Below are positions 48,901 through 59,714 of a stretch of DNA of 64,000 nucleotides, piece by piece (position 1 is the stretch's first letter; every line of letters begins with the position of its first letter). The position numbers were made by a program, and so were the translations under genes. The stretch comes from Nemertoderma westbladi (Eukaryota > Animalia > Xenacoelomorpha). The stretch lies in the NCBI GenBank assembly GCA_032718475.1, contig JAUCBJ010008729.1:1486-65485 (forward strand). The letters run 5' to 3'. The notes under the pieces are model-generated. The model did not search any database. It saw nothing but the letters and a program-made list of their open reading frames with translations, and had not been told where the DNA came from.

Positions 48901-50815
48901 AAAAGTTAAGTGCGTTACGAAAGGCCTGATTTTTAATTGAACAATCACTGTTATACCACGGGTAATTGCCAGCGCCTTGGCTATTTTTGGTTTAGTTTTT
49001 GAATTTGCGAAATACCGATCACCAGTCTTTTCTAAGCATTCATTAAAACTGTCGACAGCAAAATGTCGATCTCTTCCTGGGACAAACTACCATCTCATAA
49101 ATCGTCACTAATATGATGTAATTTTGCCTAAATATGGAAGATAATATGTTATAATGTAGAAAGTTTCGAAATGCAACAGCTTTATGTTCCTTCCAATGAA
49201 ATTTTTAGATTCTACACGTACAAAATTATCATCGGAATCAGTTACTTTTGGTTCAGAAGGGCAACTTTTACTTCCCTCTAATTGTTTGGTATAAAAAGAA
49301 AAAACCGCAGTCACGACACGGTGTTTAGAAAATAGATTTTCTTTACCAACAGACAGATGAGTCATCTGTTTAAATAAGGTTGGACTAGCGAGGAAATAGT
49401 CAATGGTAGACTTCCCCAGGACCTTATTTTTACCAGTACAGTGGTAAGTACACTCGCCACCAGCGAGTCCATCAGTACCAACTCTACCATTATTGGCAAT
49501 TTTAAGACCAGTATTTTTCCAAAACGTCAATAATTTCCAGCCGTAGCCGTTAATTTTTGTATGCTTGTTTTTCCTTAATGTTTCAATAGGAATATTGCCA
49601 GTAATATTTGGTAGTCCATAATCTGAGAAGTCGTCAGGAGAAAGTCTGTCTAGATGTTCGCATTGCCTGTCGTTTACAATAAAGTCTGGTTCAGTCCCAG
49701 TTCTAGAGTTGAAGTCGCTAAAAAGTAGCAATTCCCCTAATTTTTATCATATTTAATAAAACCTTCCTCCAGTTGGTCAAAGACAGAAACCGGGTTGTAT
49801 ATAGTTGCTGTCGATCCTTCTGGCGGTAGATAAACCAGGCCAAATACCATATCTGTAATAAAAGCGATTTTTTTTGCCTCAAAATGCACCCAAAGTATAT
49901 CTGTATTACTTCTACACAAAACATGAACTGCCCCTTCATATTTTGATTTATAAAATTGCGTAATAATAATAATTAGCGTTTAATTATCCAACGGATAAGA
50001 GAGATATGAAAATATACACCTTTGTAACGGTAAATAAAATAAAATATAGAATACGTAATAAAATATATATCATATATAATTATAAATTATTTAAATAAAA
50101 AGCTAAATGGAGTGGATGTTGATGCTCACTAAAATGGGCGCAACCAGGGGCGTGGGAGATGTCAGTGGCGGTGGAGTTACAATATTTACAAAGGCAGTTA
50201 TCTGTGGGTCTCCAGCAATTCGACTTGGTGCACAGCTTGTGGTGGTAACCATTCGAGAGAAACTGAGATGCGACTCTGCGTCGATTGCCGGCAAGATATT
50301 TAACATTTATCAGGGCTGAATCAGGGTAATCTATCGCGTTAAATACATTGGTTGTGGACGCATATTTTGCAATGCCGCACCATAATTTAAATAAAAAGCC
50401 CCGAACTTTTCTTACGTGGGTGGGTTCGTTCGCCTTGATTCCTGTCTCGGAATATATTGCACCTGTAAGTGGTTGCGGGGAAAACCACTAATGACCATAG
50501 CTCCTGTGCTGATTCCAGAGAGATAGCTCCCATGTTGACCGTGAAAGCAAGACGCATGCAGGATGATATCCCACGCCGATATAAGTTGCATAAAATTGCG
50601 TAATTCCACCACTGTATCGTTTAGCATTTTTATTTATTATTTTCCTGCTATTTGATACACTTGAGTAATTAGCAATGTCAATATCGAGTTCAGAAAGTGG
50701 ACTGAAAACAGAAAAAAATCGTATGCAGAAATTAGGCTAGTAAAATCTGGTTCGCAAATATTATTCACAATACCATCTGCATTAAAATTCCAAAACTTGA
50801 GATTTGTTTTCAGTT
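45955..50815 (-). mobile_element. Heavily degenerate APE-RT LINE related to the 3016-6830 element, interrupted by other insertions
   Basis: APE start KFWNFNADG...DFF (~50700-50810); VYLPP, DFNSRT, STIDY (49108-49939); RT GVLQGESLS, LLYADD, LNLDKTK (46090-46800); VVSQYLY (~46000). Confidence 0.75.
47308..48166 (+). mobile_element. 3' fragment of an RLE-type (CRE-like) non-LTR retrotransposon with poly(A) tail
   Basis: WLRALP, C-x2-C..H...C, RH, then after a frameshift KPDG..VWDFT..K..KY (PD..D/ExK restriction-like endonuclease). A-rich tail at 48149-48166. Confidence 0.8.
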
Positions 50816-50860
50816 CACGCCCAGATGGAGCATCCGGTCGCCCAGATGGAGCACCCGGTT

Positions 50861-51232
50861 TAGCAACACCATATTGGGATGTAGCAATACCATACTGTGA
50901 TGTCTGGATGTAGTAACACCGTATTGTTAGCAACACCATATTGGTATGTAGCAACACCATATTGGGATATAGCAACACCATACTGTGTAGTAACACCATA
51001 TTAGGATGTAGCAACACCATACTGTGATGTAGTAACACCATATTGATAGCAACACCATATTGGGATCTAGCAACACCATATTGGGATGTAGCAACACCAT
51101 ATTGGGATGTAGTAACAACATATTGGGATATAGCAACACCATATTGGGATGTAGAGACACCATATTGGGATGTAGCAACACCATATTGGAACGTATTAAT
51201 ACCATATTGGGACTTACAACACCATATTGGGA
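50861..51232. repeat. Minisatellite, ~18 copies of the 21-bp unit TAGCAACACCATATTGGGATG
   Basis: Seen directly; the tandem units have no spacers. Confidence 0.95.
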
Positions 51233-51407
51233 AACAAAAACATATTCGCAAAGCCGGACCTTTCATAATATTAAACATTGTGAAAGTCCTAAGTAAAAAT
51301 TACACTTTTTCAAAAAATGTTGTTTAGTTGTAATTTATGAGTCTGAACCCAGCAACCAGTTTGTGTTTGTTAATCGGTAAACATTATTGATTTTCTCTCT
51401 TTATTAG

Positions 51408-52163
51408 GACTGGCGTACGAAGTAGACGAGGACTGGGCCTCCAAGAAGAACCACCAACTGCGGGTAACAGCCTTGAGGGATGGGCGTTCCAACACCGGTT
51501 CCGAAACCCACCAATCACAGACCAACACGGATGGCCAACTCAGCCAATCACAGGCGAGCATCGGGGGTGGAGCGCTCAGCGATATTCAGATGTCGCCCAA
51601 TCGGGAGCTGCTACCTGCCGGAGCCGAGACGGATACGGTCATAAGTGGCGCGCCATCAGACTCAGCCAGAAGTGGCGCGCCATTCGTTGGATTCGGGGCC
51701 AGACCCTTCGAGTTCGACCCGAGCGACGCACAATCCACCGACGGAACTGAATCCGTCGGATTCCGCACGGACCCGGTTTGGTTCCCAATCGGCTACCACA
51801 TGCCTCACAGTCTCAAGGGCCAACATATGGTAAAGGGCCCCTTCAGCCCATTGGAGGTTGGATTTAGCGGCCTGACCAGCGCCGCCAAGATGAAACACGC
51901 GCACATCGACCGGGACAGCGTCAACTGCGTGTTCCTGGACGACGCGCCCCACGTGAAGCACACCCAGCTGATGGTGGCTCAGACGGTCGCTATCAACGCT
52001 GTCGGAACTCGGATATCCTGTCGACAGACCACGGTGTTGCCACGGATACCGGGGTTGCCATGGATCGTCGCGATGGCTTTCTCGCCTGTCGTCGAGTTGC
52101 GTTGTGACGAGCGATTCAGTCGGATTACCGGGGCGCTGTGTGGTCTGGGAGCTGATGACCGCG
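51408..52163 (+). CDS. TDRD9: Exon of ATP-dependent RNA helicase TDRD9/Spindle-E (C-terminal region)
   Basis: Acceptor tttattag|GA, donor G|gttagt. GLAYEVDEDWASKKNH...KGPFSPLEV...IDRDSVNCVFLDDAP...LMVA...RQTTVLPRIPGLP..AMAFSPVVELR...TGALCGLG matches my recollection of the TDRD9/Spn-E C-terminal domain. Confidence 0.88.
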
Positions 52164-52189
52164 GTTAGTTCATTGTATCAAAAGCAACC

Positions 52190-52633
52190 CCCAACCCTCC
52201 AACCCTCTACCCACCCTCCACCCCGCCCCATCCCACTCAGCCTCCACCCCCCTCCATCCCACCCCAACCCACTGAGCCTCCACCCCCCTCCATCCCACCC
52301 TAACCCACTCATGTCCCACCCCCCTCCATACCCCCCCCCCCAACTCCCACCAACCCACTCAGCCTCTACCCCCTCCACCCCACCCCAACGCACTCAGCCT
52401 CTACCCCCCCCCCCCCCCATCCCACCCCAACCCACTGAGCCTCCACCCCCCCCCCCCTCCACCCCACCCCAACGCAACCCCAACGCACTCAGCCTCTACC
52501 CCCCCCCCCCCCCCCACCCAACCCCAACCCACTCAGCCTCCACCCCCCTCCATCCCATCCCAACCCACTCAGCCTCCACCCCCCTCCATCCCTCCCCAAC
52601 CCACTGAGCCTCCACCCCCCTCCCCCCACCAAC
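52190..52633. repeat. C-rich intronic minisatellite (~34-bp unit ACCCACTCAGCCTCCACCCCCCTCCATCCCACCCCA)
   Basis: Seen directly; lies between the two exons. Confidence 0.9.
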
Positions 52634-52709
52634 CTATGAAACCCAAAGTTTAATTAGTATCTCGATATTATTAAATTAGTTGCTTATTCTTTCTTTATTG
52701 CCTCTCTAG

Positions 52710-52887
52710 GAGTTCCAATATACGCAGACCACGATATGGAACTGAGCTTCGACACTGAGATTGACTCGATCAGCGACATTCTGGAACTCAACAGTATCCG
52801 CATGTGCGTGAATCTGGCGCTAGGGGGAGACCAGCGTGTTTATGTTGGACATACAATGTTAGAACTCCAAAAGAAAGCCCGACAAAA
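52710..52887 (+). CDS. TDRD9: Next exon of TDRD9/Spindle-E
   Basis: Acceptor cctctctag|GA is phase-compatible with the previous exon; donor AA|gtaagt. Encodes GVPIYADHDMELSFDTEID...ELNSIRMCVN...LQKKARQK, and HDMELxFD is a TDRD9 motif. Confidence 0.88.
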
Positions 52888-53621
52888 GTAAGTTTCATTA
52901 ATCATTAAATCTTAATATACGGCGAAATCTAATGGACTAATTGTTTTTAATAATAATTTAATTTCACACTGTAAACTATGTAAAGTAGCATTTTACAGTA
53001 TTACCGGTATACCAGTATTAGTAGACCGAGTGTTTGTTAGACGGACGTAATGAAATTCAAACCAGAAGAATCAGATAACGGTGAAATAAATACTTTACAA
53101 CGAGTTTGAATTATATTATCATTTAATCCGGGGGCTATAAAAACTTAATTAAAATATAGAAATTACAGGAATGAATGAGTAAATTTATGCAGCGGTATGT
53201 AAATGTAAGTAGAACTGCGGAGAGCAAAATGATGTATTATATTAAATATGAATTAGACATTTCCTATGGATACACGGATGTTTCATCCAAACTACTTATT
53301 CTAGAAATCAAACTAGCAATTGAGCGATGTCGAATGTGCAGAAAGATTGGTATGTTTAATCTCGCAGAAACCAAAGTTTCTACAGGTTTATATTATACAG
53401 GGCAGATGTTTCTACATCGGTCGCAGTCGCACACGGAAGATTAAATATAATAAAATATAAATAATACATTAAATAATATTATAATAATATTTAATATTTA
53501 TACCGCGTCTTTTACGTACTGTTCAAAGGCGCAATACGTTAGTAAAATAAAACTATACAGATATCATCACTCAAATAAAACAGACTAAAACAAAACAATA
53601 CTAATATATTAATTGAAGGGC

Positions 53622-55071
53622 GGAGTTAATTGACCGGAGTGCTAAACAGGCCAGTATTAAATGTTTGCAACCGGATGTTAAAAGGGGAAAAGCCACCACC
53701 AATTTGCACTAAAGGTCAACTAAAGCCTCTCCCCAAGAAAGGAGACCTCGGCATACCAACAAACTATCGTGGGATCTGTCTGCTTGTGGTAGCTGCCAAA
53801 ATATACAATAAAATGATTCTATATAGGATTAGGCCTCACATAGAGAAACTACTGCGTAAGAGCCAAAACGGATTTCGACCAAGTAGATCAACAATAGCTC
53901 AGATACTTGCACTACGGAGACTGAGTTAAGACTGGAATTAATGACTGGAATTAAGTCAAAGAATCTCCCCGCTGTCATGACTTTTGTGGACTTCAAGAAG
54001 GCATTCGACTCCATCCATAGAGGTAAAATGCTTGAAATCCTAAGAGCTTATGGAATACCAGAAGTAATTGTTGCTGGCATTGGATTGTTATATTGTGACA
54101 CAGAAGCGCAGGTACTCTCACCAGATGGTGAAACTGAGTTTTTCTCAATCCTGGCTGGCGTACTGCAAGGTGACACATTAGCACCATTACTATTTGTAAT
54201 TGTGCTGAATTACGCAATGAGGACGGCCACAAAGGGTGAAGATCTGGGATTCACACTTCAAGAACGCAGAAGTAGTAGATATCCGGCAACTACAGTCACA
54301 GACACCGACTTTGCGGATGACATCGCCCTGCTCTCTAATACGCTAGCAGATGCACAGCTTCTACTAAATAAAATGGAGAGGGCTGCTAAGGAGGTTGGAT
54401 TGCACATAAATGCTACAAAGACAGAATTCATGACATGTAATGTTGATGGAAACTTGACAACTATTGATAATAATCAACTAAGGAAGGTCGATGACTTCCA
54501 GTACCTTGGATCATGGATAGAGAGTAGCAAAAAGGACATAGAAGTTAGGAAAGCAAAGGCTTGGGCAGCTCTATCAAAAATAGATACCATCTGGAAATCA
54601 GATCTCTCCAGGCACCTGAAGACTAAGTTCTTTCGAGCCACAGTGGAAAGTGTATTTTTATACGGGGGTGAGACCTGGACACTGACTAAATCACTTGAAC
54701 AACGAATTGATGGTTGCTACACAAGACTACTAAGGGCAGCCCTAAACATCATCTGGAGACAACACATGACAAATGCCGAGCTTTATGGTACAATACCACC
54801 TGTATCAACCACCCTCCGTGAACGCAGATTAAGATTCAGTGGGCGCTGCTGGCGAAGTAAAGACGAGGTCATACCAGATCTACTTTTCTGGCAACCAACT
54901 CATGGAAAGCGTAGTCGTGGACGACCGGCCATAACATATATAGATCAACTTGAAAGGGATACTGAACTTGGGAGAAACGAAATTGCGACAACTATGGAGA
55001 ATCGGGAAGCCTGGAAGGATCTCATTTCCGCTGTCCGAGTTCGCTCGACCTAGTAGTAGTAGTAGTAGTAG
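53622..55071 (+). mobile_element. 5'-truncated RTE-like LINE with (TAG)n tail and 12-bp TSD
   Basis: TSD TAATTGAAGGGC at 53610-53621 and 55072-55083. RT motifs NYRGI, QNGFR, FVDFKKAFDS, GVLQGDTLAP, FADD. One frameshift near 53925. Confidence 0.92.
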
Positions 55072-55324
55072 TAATTGAAGGGCTGTGCATAAAAAGCACA
55101 CTTTTGCGGTTTTTTTTACCTACACATTACAGTTGATATTGGCATTATGTATTTTTGCATGCAAGTACATAGAGATGTACCTCAAAATATTTACTTTCAA
55201 AAATATTTTTTTTTCATCTTTAAGAGATGCGAAGACTTCCATGACTTTATATCACGAAGATATCCAGTGGTTACTGCTAGCGCATTAGACACATCTGAAG
55301 GCTTGAAAGCGATATACAATTATT

Positions 55325-55697
55325 GAGTGTCATCAGTAATCAGCATTTATATAATATTGTAAGATAACCCATGTTCTTTAACATTGCTAAGTGAGCGCAT
55401 ATAAATGGTAAATAGCAAGTGACCTAACACGGATCCTTGGGGAACCCCAAAATGTAGCGATTTCTTACTTGAGTATGAATTTCCAATCCTCCCGGACTGA
55501 CACTTGTCAGTAAGATGTGAACGGAACCATTTTAATGCCTCACCGGTAACCAAAATATCTTTCTCTAATATATTGAGAAGAATCGAATGTTCAACCGTAT
55601 CAAAGGCCGCACTAAGATGTACCAGGACAAGAATAACTCTAGATCCATCATCGATTCGTTCCAGAATATCATTATTAACTCTCAATAAGGCAGTTTC
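55325..55697 (-). mobile_element. CR1/L2-like LINE RT fragment
   Basis: ETALLRVNNDIL, LSAAFDTVEH.ILL, ALKWF.S.L, GVPQGSVLG.LLF.IY. Confidence 0.85.
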
Positions 55698-56474
55698 ACT
55701 CGTTCCAGAATATCATTGTTAACTCTCAATAAGGCAGTTTCATTCGTTCCAGAATATCATTGTTAACTCTCAATAAGGCAGTTTCACTCGTTCCAGAATA
55801 TCATTGTTAACTCTCAATAAGGCAGTTTCATTCGTTCCAGAATATCATTGTTAACTCTCAATAAGGCAGTTTCATTCGTTCCAGAATATCATTGTTAACT
55901 CTCAATAAGGCAGTTTCATTCGTTCCAGAATATCATTGTTAACTCTCAATAAGGCAGTTTCATTCGTTCCAGAATATCATTGTTAACTCTCAATAAGGCA
56001 GTTTCATTCGTTCCGGAATATCATTGTTAACTCTCAATAAGGCAGTTTCATTCGTTCCAGAATATCATTGTTAACTCTCAATAAGGCAGTTTCATTAGTT
56101 CCAGAATATCATTGTTAACTCTCGATAAGGCAGTTTCATTCGTTCCAGAATATCATTGTTAACTCTCAATAAGGCAGTTTCATTCGTTCCAGAATATCAT
56201 TGTTAACTCTCAATAAGGCAGTTTCATTCGTTCCAGAATATCATTGTTAACTCTCAATAAGGCAGTTTCATTCGTTCCAGAATATCATTGTTAACTCTCA
56301 ATAAGGCAGTTTCACTCGTTCCAGAATATCATTGTTAACTCTCAATAAGGCAGTTTCACTCGTTCCAGAATATCATTGTTAACTCTCAATAAGGCAGTTT
56401 CACTCGTTCCAGAATATCATTGTTAACTCTCAATAAGGCAGTTTCACTCGTTCCAGAATATCATTGTTAACTCT
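55654..56474. repeat. Tandem array, ~18.6 copies of the 44-bp unit ATTCGTTCCAGAATATCATTGTTAACTCTCAATAAGGCAGTTTC
   Basis: Seen directly; near-identical head-to-tail units with no spacers. Confidence 0.97.
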
Positions 56475-58011
56475 TGTTGCGTTCTGTGCTCAAAAAACAC
56501 TGAACAACGAAATGTAAGCCGACTACTGATTCGAATTGACTCAGATAGATTGCTTACTAATATCCTACAGCGTTTGAATAAACCACCCGTTCCAAGGCAA
56601 AACTAATATTTCTGAAATGTTCTAAATGTTGCTGCTAATTAAGGCAAAAAGGTGATACCCACATTTAAATATCACATGACTGAGTCAAGCTAAATTTGCT
56701 ATATTGTAATCTAGATTTAGCGTGTACTTTCAACATAATATAGGACTAATTTTGTAATAAATATAAATTGAAATCTAACAGCCGTGCTCCGTTAATTATC
56801 GGCTATAAGCCGCTTTTACGCAGGTCCCATTTCCAAATAATGTCATTTTGGCTTCTCCAAAACTGTAATACTTCCAATGAACCAACCAAAAGGGAGAGTC
56901 TGTCTATTATGGATGATCAAATAGCTAACCAGCCCACCTTGTAACAGTGAATGATCCCTAAAATCGAAAGTCGGCCTAGTGATAGAAATATATATAATCA
57001 GAATTGTTAGTCCCCCAAATAATCTCAAATGAAATGTAGAATCGAAGCACCTATTTTTTACTGTCGATTCCCCTCCCAAAACTAGGAATGGTTGGAAATG
57101 GGCTGGGCTGGTCAATAATCTAATGCGGTAATACGACCTTTAATCCAAAATGTACTAATTAAATCAAAAAAATCCTAGGGCCTACTTATTCAGCATATAA
57201 CCGTCTCAGCCGTCGAAGGAATATTTCTGTATTGCACCCCACCCCCCTGCCCCAAATGAACCCCAGTGTTCCTCGCTTAATTTTGAACCCCTTCCAGTGT
57301 AGTGTTGCAGGCCTACCGATGGGCGATAGGCTATACTTCCCTGTTCATTATACCGGTATACTGGCCGGATTTTGCTTCATCTCATACCCTCTCGCCTGTG
57401 GAATCGCCGGCAGATCGCTCCCGGTAAAACTACTCCATTATCCTGTATGTTATTTCCATAGGCCTACTGCCATGTGCCATATGTTGAAAATTGTCCGTTT
57501 TCAGATTGTAGACGGACAATTTAATTGAATCAGTCAATAACAGATTTAGGATTTACGGCATTTCATATTTAACTTGAAATCACAATGTCAAAGAACAAAC
57601 AACAGGTATAATTCAGTACCAGTAATTATAATTATGACCAAATGACAAATTGTTGTTGTTGTGCAGTTTTCCAGTACTGCAGTTAGCAGTCTGCTTAAGT
57701 ATCGTGCAGTCCTGCAGTCGGCAGTCTGCTTAAGTATCGTGCAGTCCTGCAGTCGGCAGTCTGCTTAAGTATCGTGCAGTCCTGCAGTCGGCAGTCTGCT
57801 TAAGTACGAAAAACACAATAGAGAATTCTTAATAATTAAAACTGACCAATGACTGAATGACAAAGTGACATGTCCCTTTTTAAAAAAATGTTGGGCGCGA
57901 AATTCAAACTTTCTATAATTTAGTATACTGTATAGAATTATTTACTATATTTAATACCAGTTTGTAATGGGGAAACTTAATTGATAATGCAATTTCATCA
58001 AAAACAGTATA
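56475..58011 (-). repeat. Tentative 3' LTR of element C
   Basis: Left edge is the TG at the array break. The right edge is inferred from a PPT-like GGGGCGG at 58012-58018 analogous to A and B, but the terminus reads TA rather than TG on the minus strand. No second copy is in the window. Confidence 0.45.
57686..57805. repeat. 35-bp tandem repeat x3.4 (GCAGTCTGCTTAAGTATCGTGCAGTCCTGCAGTCG)
   Basis: Seen directly; positioned like U3 enhancer repeats. Confidence 0.9.
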
Positions 58012-58282
58012 CCGCCCCAAAGATAAAGTGAAACGGCATCTTTATCGACCGCGCATAAACGTCAATTAATATATCTAAATAGAATAACGAACAATAACGA
58101 AATATTTAAAAAATTAATTCCTTATATCCAAATATATCTTATACACAAATAAAGTAACTAAACTAAACTGCATTCATTCATATAAACTAAAATAATTACA
58201 ATCTTTCTTTACTAAAATAAACTACTATATTGCATATTTAATATTTGCACTTTTTAATCATTGCGAAAAATATATAATCTCT

Positions 58283-58357
58283 GAATCAGATTTGAACACG
58301 GGAAGTATAGTTTCTTTACAAACATTTCCGGCGCTCTACAAACTGAGCTACTCTCGC
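58283..58357 (-). other. Degenerate tRNA-like sequence / Pol III A- and B-box remnant
   Basis: Minus strand GCGAGAGTAGCTCAGTTTGTAGAGCG...GTTCAAATC. The D-arm folds; the acceptor, anticodon and T stems do not. Confidence 0.45.
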
Positions 58358-59714
58358 ATAGAACAAATAAAATACGTACTTAAACAAATTCTACAAAATA
58401 CTCTCCAGCCTATCAGCTTACTTTATCATACGTTGCTAAGCAACATATGTAAATAAATAAAATGCATCTTATTTCCGGTATTGCAGAGCAATATGGTGTA
58501 TCCTAGTAAATAGTATCTAATATAATCTCAAGCTATAGGCTATTAATTCGTTTAAACCATATTATTACATTTAGATCAAATAGATAAATCAGCATATTAC
58601 AGGATATACTAAATAGATAATAATTATCACTCAAATATCATAAATAGGGCGAACATATTTATGATCCTCAGGTATGGGCAAAACGTATAATCGCTTTCAT
58701 ATACCCCAGTCAGTTTTATTCTGTATAGCGACTTCCCTTCTATCTAATTGTGGTCCGTAACCACGCCCAATACCTGGTATCTGAGGTTTTGTGGCGTGTC
58801 AGCCACCCTCGTTGTGAATTCTCCCACCGTGCGCGATAGACCGACCATCGTTAACGGTTCCTCTGCGCGATGTGCGCTAATGTTTCCCGATATAATGATA
58901 GACCTCTAGACTCGTTGCCTTTGTCGCTGATATCGTAAACATCAAGAGACATGCAACATCATCTTTACTAGTATTCTCCAAATCCTTCTAATCGCAGTCC
59001 CATAATCGTATATCCAATTATTGACTCTAAAGAAAGTGCCATAATCCACTTGCTAGCACTCTGGTTGAGCGAAAGTCCCTCCGCTCCAAATAATTTCAAC
59101 TATCTCAACATTATTTCACCGTGGTTCTGAAATATCCCCCAATATTCCTCTTAGCCGTGGTCTAAATGCCAACCTTTCGGCTTTCGAATATTTCAACTTA
59201 ATTTTTTAGATAAAATATTGTGAAATTCAGTTTTGATAAAACTGATGTGAATAAATTCACATATTCCTTTTCCTAGAACCCAAATAAATGATGAGATGAA
59301 TTATGCAGTAATATGAAATGAAAGAAGTATATTAGTGTCAATGATTATTCAAATGATTCCATGATATGTACGTCTGCTTGCCACGACTAACGCTACACTA
59401 TCAGAAATATAGCCGTACTGCCAAATCAAGTACATAATGAGATCAATAAAATCCTGAGTCTACAAAACACAATTCTAAAATTTGGCGCTTTTTGCGGTTG
59501 TTCCGGTATTAATATTAATTCGAATAATTTTATTATTATTAAATTAATATTAATTTACTATAATTGAAATTTTCAAACATTTTTAATTCAATACATCGGC
59601 TGTCCATGAGGTGGTGTTATTCCAGCTCATTTCATAATATACCGCCCCAATGTACATAGTAATGTACATTTCTAACCTGGAATGACGCCACAAAGCAACT
59701 CCCAAATTTTAAAT

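Noticed and set aside
50637-51327. ORFs with SQYGVAT/ATPYWD repeats
   Set aside because: They are readouts of the 21-bp minisatellite.
55654-56474. CRISPR-like regular array
   Set aside because: Units are head-to-tail with no unique spacers, there are no cas genes, the context is eukaryotic, and the unit derives from LINE RT.
57237-57253. G-rich run (minus strand) as the PPT of element C
   Set aside because: It remains possible, but the 58012 site matches the GG(A/G)GCGG + hairpin pattern of A and B better. This cannot be resolved without the second LTR.
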